Positions 38,059 through 43,490 of a stretch of 43,490 nucleotides of DNA are shown here, in pieces (within the stretch, counting starts at the first letter, position 1; the number at the start of each line of letters is the position of its first letter). The position numbers and the translations under genes are program-made. The notes under the pieces are model-generated. The model saw only the letters and a list, made by a program, of their open reading frames with translations. It searched no databases and was not told where the DNA came from. This stretch comes from Paludibacteraceae bacterium (GTDB lineage Bacteria > Bacteroidota > Bacteroidia > Bacteroidales > Paludibacteraceae). The stretch covers positions 1-43,490 of the forward strand of contig CANIXM010000001.1 in assembly GCA_947471245.1 (NCBI GenBank), written 5' to 3'.

Positions 38059-38595
38059 TTACTTCATCTGAAAAAAGCTAAAATTGACGTTGCCATAATT
38101 TCTATGACTTTCGAAGTTGGGGTGACTTTCAAAGTTGGATTTTGCAGAATGTTCCAATACGAATAAACCATCCGGTTTGAGCAATTGATGTGAGAAGATT
38201 AGATTGGGGATTTCGTCAATTTTATCCAACTCATAAGGTGGATCAGCAAATATCATATCAAACTTAAAGTGGCAACTGGCTATGTACTTAAATACATCGG
38301 TTTTGACAAGTGTAAGTGAGTCTATTTTCAGTTCGGCACAAACTTTTCGTATGAATGCACAGTGTCTTTCGTTTTGTTCTATGGAGATAACGATGTTCGC
38401 GCCCCTTGATACAAATTCTACCCCTATACCTCCTGTCCCAGCAAATAAATCCAGCACCTCAATGCCTTCGAAATCTATCCTGTTGTTAAGCAGGTTGAAC
38501 AACCCCTCTTTGGCAAAGTCAGTTGTGGGCCGAGCTGTGATGTTGCTTGGTGCACTTATTCTACGCCCTTTATATAATCCGCTTATTATTCGCAT
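38059..38595 (-). CDS. rsmD: 16S rRNA m2G966 methyltransferase RsmD family
   Basis: MRIISG, RPTTD, LDLFAGTG, SRGA, DPPY. Confidence 0.93.
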   Translation of the reverse strand: MRIISGLYKGRRISAPSNITARPTTDFAKEGLFNLLNNRIDFEGIEVLDLFAGTGGIGVEFVSRGANIVISIEQNERHCAFIRKVCAELKIDSLTLVKTDVFKYIASCHFKFDMIFADPPYELDKIDEIPNLIFSHQLLKPDGLFVLEHSAKSNFESHPNFESHRNYGNVNFSFFQMK

Positions 38596-39323
38596 GTTAT
38601 GTTTTTTACATAGTGATTAAGTAGTTTTGCATACGTTGAGTTCGTTTTGCTTTGGAACACATGTAGAGGCACTTTGTCAACATCCAATGAAAACTGTTCG
38701 AAAGTTTTTAGCACGTAGTAAACCAGATCTTCGGCAGAGTTGATGGAAAAGGTATTCAAGAGCAGTGGTTTACCGCTTGCCAATAGTAGTATTTCAAATG
38801 CATTATCCCTAATAAGAATGGTTGCCATGTTACTAGCGTGTATTTTGAATCTATCGGTGATGAAATAGCTGAGATGGTGTTCAATGTTTAGTTTGGGATA
38901 GAGTGTGCTCATTGCCAGTTCCAACTCCACAGGCAATGCGTAAATATTAACGGCTTCAAGCGGTGCCAACAAGCTAAATTGAATCACGCTAGACGTTGGA
39001 ATGTCAAATTGAAATTTCAAAAAGTCTTGAATATTGTCCTTTTTGAATAAATCATTGGGAATCAGTGTGTAAATGTCTGATTCAAATACAATCCTCACTG
39101 ATTGGTACAGCAGTTTTGACTCAATTACATCGTTGAAAACGGAAATTATTTCATTGTGCGATAGATTGTGAACAGTTCCGATGTTTTTTGATGCTACAAG
39201 TTTCTTGTCAGCATGTTCGAATATATCAAAAGTGGTCTCTTTGTCAGATAGACAAATAATCAGATGATAAGGATTGATGCCCGAAAGGCTCAAATCAATG
39301 GGTTGAGAATCAGAAGTACTCAT
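38586..39323 (-). CDS. DUF3822-like Bacteroidota protein
   Basis: TLIPNDLF and N.F......D..YY motifs; overlapping position upstream of rsmD. Confidence 0.7.
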   Translation of the reverse strand: MSTSDSQPIDLSLSGINPYHLIICLSDKETTFDIFEHADKKLVASKNIGTVHNLSHNEIISVFNDVIESKLLYQSVRIVFESDIYTLIPNDLFKKDNIQDFLKFQFDIPTSSVIQFSLLAPLEAVNIYALPVELELAMSTLYPKLNIEHHLSYFITDRFKIHASNMATILIRDNAFEILLLASGKPLLLNTFSINSAEDLVYYVLKTFEQFSLDVDKVPLHVFQSKTNSTYAKLLNHYVKNITCE

Positions 39324-39425
39324 GAATAGAATCGCAAGTTATTAAATAAGCTACAAATTTAGGAAAGATAATTCAATAGCCATCTTATTCGGGGGATTAA
39401 GTCCGTAGTATTTTGAAAAACTATG

Positions 39426-39433
39426 TATCTTTG
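39426..39433 (+). promoter_or_regulatory. -7 element, divergent partner of minus-strand TAAATTTG at 39354-39361
   Basis: TATCTTTG upstream of the palindromic element and the methyltransferase. Confidence 0.55.
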
Positions 39434-39492
39434 TGGTAGATATTGGCATTTGTAGTCAGCGATATAACTTTCATATCTCACGAAAATAAAAA

Positions 39493-39864
39493 TATTGGTA
39501 TAGGCGCTTAGACCGCCCTTATTTGTGACAATAATATTCAAAGAGCAACTCCCAAGGAGTTAAATGTAAATAACCCTGTAAGCTTGCGCAACAGGGGGAT
39601 ACGAATATCTCAACATCAACAACCCCGAAGTGGGTTGAACAACAATGTCATAACAACATTCAACCCACTTCGGGGTTGTGTATCTGAGGGTGTCATTAAC
39701 CCCCAGTTGTGCTTCGCTTACTGGGGGTTATTCACATTAAACCCTTTCAGGGTTTGGTTTCACATGACAAAATGTGTTCTATGCATACGTTTAAATAAAA
39801 CAAACAAATCACCATGTTTATTATCAACAATATAAATAGGGCGGTCTAAACGTCTATACCAATA
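39493..39864. mobile_element. Nested palindromic non-coding element (REPIN/MITE-like), A-B-C-C'-B'-A'
   Basis: Outer ~34-bp imperfect IR 39493-39527/39831-39864; middle ~55-bp imperfect IR 39546-39598/39700-39756; inner perfect 21-bp IR 39619-39639/39659-39679. Confidence 0.75.
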
Positions 39865-39888
39865 AAAATCACAAAAAATGATATTCAG

Positions 39889-40506
39889 ATGATTGAAAAC
39901 TTAAACAACAAATTTGATGACAGAGCAAAGGATTGGGATAAGAATAACATCCATCACCTGCGCTCAGTAGCTATTGCGGAGCGAATGCAATGGATGATGC
40001 CTCTGGATAAAACCATGACAGCTTTGGAGTATGGAGCTGGAACAGGAATACTCAGTTTTCTACTATGTGAGCAATTTTCGAAGATTACATTGATGGACAA
40101 TTCGGAGGGGATGATTGATGTGTGCAAAGAAAAAATTGCTTCATGTGGAGTGACAAATATCGAAGCACTGGTTCATGATTTGGAAAAACAGGAGTATGTT
40201 GGATCTGTGGATGTGATTTACTCGCAAATGGTGTTACATCATGTTGAGAATGTGGAGTATTTGATTAATTCAATGTATGGCATTCTCAATGCAAGTGGCT
40301 GGTTGTCAATAGTTGATTTGTATGAAGAAGATGGAACGTTTCATGAAGTGGATGCAAAGGTACATTATGGTTTTAACCCGGAAGATTTGAAGCATTTGAT
40401 AGAGAAATGTGGTTTTACTAACGTAAAATACGAGCCTTGCTTTGAGATGAAGAGGGACAACGGGAAGATCTATCCTATCTTTATTTTAGTAGCACAAAAA
40501 CAATAA
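39889..40506 (+). CDS. Class I SAM-dependent methyltransferase
   Basis: LEYGAGTG motif I, MDNSEGM, MVLHHV, HYGF. Confidence 0.9.
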   Translation: MIENLNNKFDDRAKDWDKNNIHHLRSVAIAERMQWMMPLDKTMTALEYGAGTGILSFLLCEQFSKITLMDNSEGMIDVCKEKIASCGVTNIEALVHDLEKQEYVGSVDVIYSQMVLHHVENVEYLINSMYGILNASGWLSIVDLYEEDGTFHEVDAKVHYGFNPEDLKHLIEKCGFTNVKYEPCFEMKRDNGKIYPIFILVAQKQ

Positions 40507-40513
40507 TATCCGA

Positions 40514-40945
40514 ATGAAAAGATTTGTTTTACTATCCGTTTTGATAAGTCTAGTGTGCATCACACTACAGTCGCAAGAATTCAGTTCGTGTGAAAACCTG
40601 AGTACTTTTGATAAAAACAGAAAACCTGACTTGGGAATAGTCATCAGTTCAGGTGATGCCGAAACGGTTTGGAATGCGCTTCGTCTTGCAGTGGTTGCAC
40701 AGTCCAAAGGTGACAGTGTGGTAATATTTGTAGTTAACAAAGCTGTAGATGTATTTATAAACGGCGATAAAAAATTTGATGTTTTTAAACTAAGCAGAGA
40801 TTTGACGGCAAAGAACGTCGATATTTACACCTGTGCTACTTGTGCCAAAGCCCGCAATACTGAAAATGTCCAGATGTGTACCATCACTTCCATTTATGAT
40901 ATGTATGCTATTATCAACAACAGTAAGAAAGTCATCAGTTTTTAA
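40514..40945 (+). CDS. DsrE/DsrF-like protein with N-terminal signal peptide
   Basis: ETVWNALRLA, CATCAKAR, terminal KVISF; hydrophobic N-terminus. Confidence 0.8.
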   Translation: MKRFVLLSVLISLVCITLQSQEFSSCENLSTFDKNRKPDLGIVISSGDAETVWNALRLAVVAQSKGDSVVIFVVNKAVDVFINGDKKFDVFKLSRDLTAKNVDIYTCATCAKARNTENVQMCTITSIYDMYAIINNSKKVISF

Positions 40946-40969
40946 TATAAATCATCATTTTAAATTACG

Positions 40970-43156
40970 ATGAAAACGACACATATACTCAATATTCATA
41001 GACAGTACAGCCAGTTTCTTAGGTTGCATCCTAGTTTGTTTACATATCGTGAGCGGATGGAACTGAAAAAGATTTTCCGAACCCATTATCCAGTTATATT
41101 TGAAAAGGAAACTAACATAGGCAGAGGCATTTCGGATAAAATCAGTGTGGTGGAAATCCTGCTCAATGAAGTAGGATTGGGCAAGGCTGCTGTGGTGAGT
41201 GTGTTGGTGTATGAGTTGGTGAAATCGAAGATTTATACAGTCGAAGAGCTAGAGTCTGTCTTTGATACCAAGCTTGCTTCCATCATCAATGGGATGATGC
41301 GCGTGGCCGAACTCTATGCTAGAAACACTTCGCTCGAAACCGAGAATTTCAGAAAGTTATTTCTAACCTTTGCAGAAGATATTAGGGTTATCCTTATCAT
41401 TATCGCTGAGCATTTGCAAATAATGAGGACGCTTTTAAATCACCCCGAACAATCGATACAAAGTGTTGCTCGCGAGAGTTCATTCCTCTATGCTCCGTTG
41501 GCACATAGAATGGGCTTGTATAAGATAAAGACAGAACTGGAAGATTTGTCACTTAAATACACCAACCGAGAGATTTATAATGAGATAGCTGCCAAACTCA
41601 ATGAGACAAAATCCTCGCGCGAAAATTATATTGCTGAATTCATTGAACCATTGTCATCGAAGCTCAATGAGCTAGGATATAAGTATGAAATTAAGGGAAG
41701 GACGAAGTCTATTCATTCTATTTATAATAAAATTAGGAAGCAAAACACAAGTTTCGAGAAGATTTATGATTTGTTTGCCATACGGGTGATATTTGATGTG
41801 CCAGTTGATAAGGAAAAAGCGGCATGTTGGCAGGCTTATTCAATTGTTGCAGATATGTATCAGCCTAATCCAAAGCGTCTTAGAGATTGGTTGTCCATCC
41901 CTAAGTCCAATGGGTATGAGAGTCTTCATACCACAGTGCTCGGTGCCGAAGGTAAGTGGATAGAAGTTCAGATTAGAACTGTTCGCATGGATGAAGTTGC
42001 CGAGATGGGTCTGGCAGCACACTGGAAATACAAAGGAATCAAGAGTGAGTCGGGGATGGATGAATGGTTGAAAAGCATCAGAGAGATACTTGAAAATCCT
42101 GAGCTCAATGCGGTGGACTTTATGGATGAGTTTAAGCTCAATCTGTACGACAAGGAGGTATTTGTATTTACACCCAAAGGTGATTTGCATCGACTACCCA
42201 AAGGAGCCACAGTGTTGGATTTTGCATTTTCGATTCATTCAAACCTTGGTACTAAATGTGTGGGTGCCAAAGTAAATGGAAAGAACATGTCCATTAAGCA
42301 GGTGTTGAACAATGGTGATTCGATAGAGATACTCACTTCGCCGACTCAAAAGCCCACTACTGCTTGGCTACATGTGGTCACTACTTCAAAAGCTAAGAAT
42401 AAAATCCGTCAAGCATTAAAGGAAGTAGAATTCAAAGATGCAGAGCTTGGACGGGAATTGATCCTTAGAAGATTTAAGAATTGGAAGATAGATTTGGATG
42501 ATGGAAAAATATCTCGTCTTGCCAAGAAACGTGGTTATAAAACAGTTAGCGATTTTTATCAAGACATTGCATCAGAGAAGTTAGATATGCTCATCCTTCG
42601 GGATGCGTATCTCAATTTGGACAAGGTAACGCTTATCGAGCAACCTGAGAGTAGAAGAGCAGACACATTTGTACAAGAGAGTCCAGTGATGGATTCGAAT
42701 AGTAAAGAAGATGTGCTTATCATAGGTTTGGATTTAAAGAATGTGGAATTTAAATTGGCTAAATGTTGTAACCCTATTTTTGGTGATGAGGTGTTTGGAT
42801 TTGTGTCTGTAGTGGGTGGTATCAAGATTCACCGAACAGATTGTCCCAATGCTCCGCAGATGATAGCTCGGTTTGGTTATCGAATAGTGAAAGCGCGTTG
42901 GCACGGCAAGTCAGTAGGTGCTCACTATCCAATTACTTTACGCATTATAGGGAATGATGATATTGGTATAGTTACCAATGTCACATCATTAATTTCAAAA
43001 GAAAAAAATATCTCTTTACGTTCCATTTCTATCGATTCTACCGATGGATTGTTTCAAGGTAACCTTACTATTATGGTGGGTGATACTAAAGATTTGGAAG
43101 CAGTGATTAAGAAAATAACGACTATAAAGGGTGTGAAAAATGTGAGTCGTTCGTAA
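40970..43156 (+). CDS. Long RelA/SpoT homologue ((p)ppGpp synthetase; hydrolase motif degenerate)
   Basis: APLAHRMG, GRTKSIHSI, DLFAIR, NGYESLHT, EVQIRT, AAHWKYK, TGS domain, AKCCNP zinc finger, ACT domain. Confidence 0.96.
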   Translation: MKTTHILNIHRQYSQFLRLHPSLFTYRERMELKKIFRTHYPVIFEKETNIGRGISDKISVVEILLNEVGLGKAAVVSVLVYELVKSKIYTVEELESVFDTKLASIINGMMRVAELYARNTSLETENFRKLFLTFAEDIRVILIIIAEHLQIMRTLLNHPEQSIQSVARESSFLYAPLAHRMGLYKIKTELEDLSLKYTNREIYNEIAAKLNETKSSRENYIAEFIEPLSSKLNELGYKYEIKGRTKSIHSIYNKIRKQNTSFEKIYDLFAIRVIFDVPVDKEKAACWQAYSIVADMYQPNPKRLRDWLSIPKSNGYESLHTTVLGAEGKWIEVQIRTVRMDEVAEMGLAAHWKYKGIKSESGMDEWLKSIREILENPELNAVDFMDEFKLNLYDKEVFVFTPKGDLHRLPKGATVLDFAFSIHSNLGTKCVGAKVNGKNMSIKQVLNNGDSIEILTSPTQKPTTAWLHVVTTSKAKNKIRQALKEVEFKDAELGRELILRRFKNWKIDLDDGKISRLAKKRGYKTVSDFYQDIASEKLDMLILRDAYLNLDKVTLIEQPESRRADTFVQESPVMDSNSKEDVLIIGLDLKNVEFKLAKCCNPIFGDEVFGFVSVVGGIKIHRTDCPNAPQMIARFGYRIVKARWHGKSVGAHYPITLRIIGNDDIGIVTNVTSLISKEKNISLRSISIDSTDGLFQGNLTIMVGDTKDLEAVIKKITTIKGVKNVSRS

Positions 43157-43185
43157 ATAATGTAATACTTAAAAATAGAAAGAAT

Positions 43186-43490
43186 ATGTTTTCAGGAATA
43201 ATTGAAGAGGCTGCACAAGTAGTGGCGCTAAAGAAAGACAAAGAAAACTTACACATTAGCATGGAGTGTACGTTTACAGGCGAATTGAAGATAGATCAAA
43301 GTGTGGCTCACAATGGTGTGTGCTTGACGGTGGTGTCGATTGACGGTAATCAATACACGGTTACGGCTATCAAGGAGACATTGGATAGAAGCAATTTGGG
43401 TAAGCTCAAAGTGGGTTCGAAAGTGAATCTGGAACGTAGCATGATGATGAATGGCAGACTGGACGGACATATTGTACAAGGTCATGTGGA
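43186..43490 (+). CDS. ribE: Riboflavin synthase (alpha chain), N-terminal part truncated by window end
   Basis: Not in the ORF track; reads MFSGIIEE...SVAHNGVCLTV...VNLERS...RLDGHIVQGHV. Confidence 0.95.
   Translation, partial: MFSGIIEEAAQVVALKKDKENLHISMECTFTGELKIDQSVAHNGVCLTVVSIDGNQYTVTAIKETLDRSNLGKLKVGSKVNLERSMMMNGRLDGHIVQGHV

Noticed and set aside
39584-39835. 83-aa ORF inside the palindromic element
   Set aside because: TTG start, lies wholly within nested inverted repeats, no protein features.
2137-43485. Numerous 60-180-aa antisense or alternate-frame ORFs overlapping housekeeping genes, including 14693-15244 and 43249-43485
   Set aside because: They shadow well-supported genes on the other strand or frame and carry no recognisable motifs.

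Overview
A 43.5-kb AT-rich chromosomal segment from a Bacteroidales bacterium, judged from TAnnTTTG -7 promoters, a T9SS C-terminal domain and the dapB-lepB-wbqC and fur-purA syntenies. It is mostly housekeeping: partial aroB, dapB, lepB, ilvE, rimM, the dcw cluster (mraZ-rsmH-ftsL-ftsI-murE-mraY-murD-ftsW-murG-murC-ftsQ-ftsA-ftsZ-yqeY), purA, fur, lysC-lysA, rsmD, a RelA/SpoT homologue, partial riboflavin synthase, and tRNA-Arg(CCG) and tRNA-His(GTG). The unusual signals are nearly all non-coding. (1) A ~2.3-kb islet between yqeY and the 3' end of tRNA-Arg holds ~3.3 tandem copies of a 160-184-bp internally palindromic unit directly upstream of an AbiEi/AbiEii type IV toxin-antitoxin pair with palindromic operators. 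(2) An array of ~10-11 mini-hairpins has loops that vary but always read GNA on the minus strand. (3) A nested ~370-bp palindromic REPIN-like element lies upstream of a methyltransferase. (4) tRNA-Arg has a compensatory U19-A56 swap of the nearly invariant G19-C56 elbow pair. (5) The mraZ upstream region has an inverted duplicate of the MraZ box and paired DnaA-like boxes. (6) A lipoprotein plus beta-barrel pair has a structured leader. All calls come from reading motifs by eye; no database searches were run.
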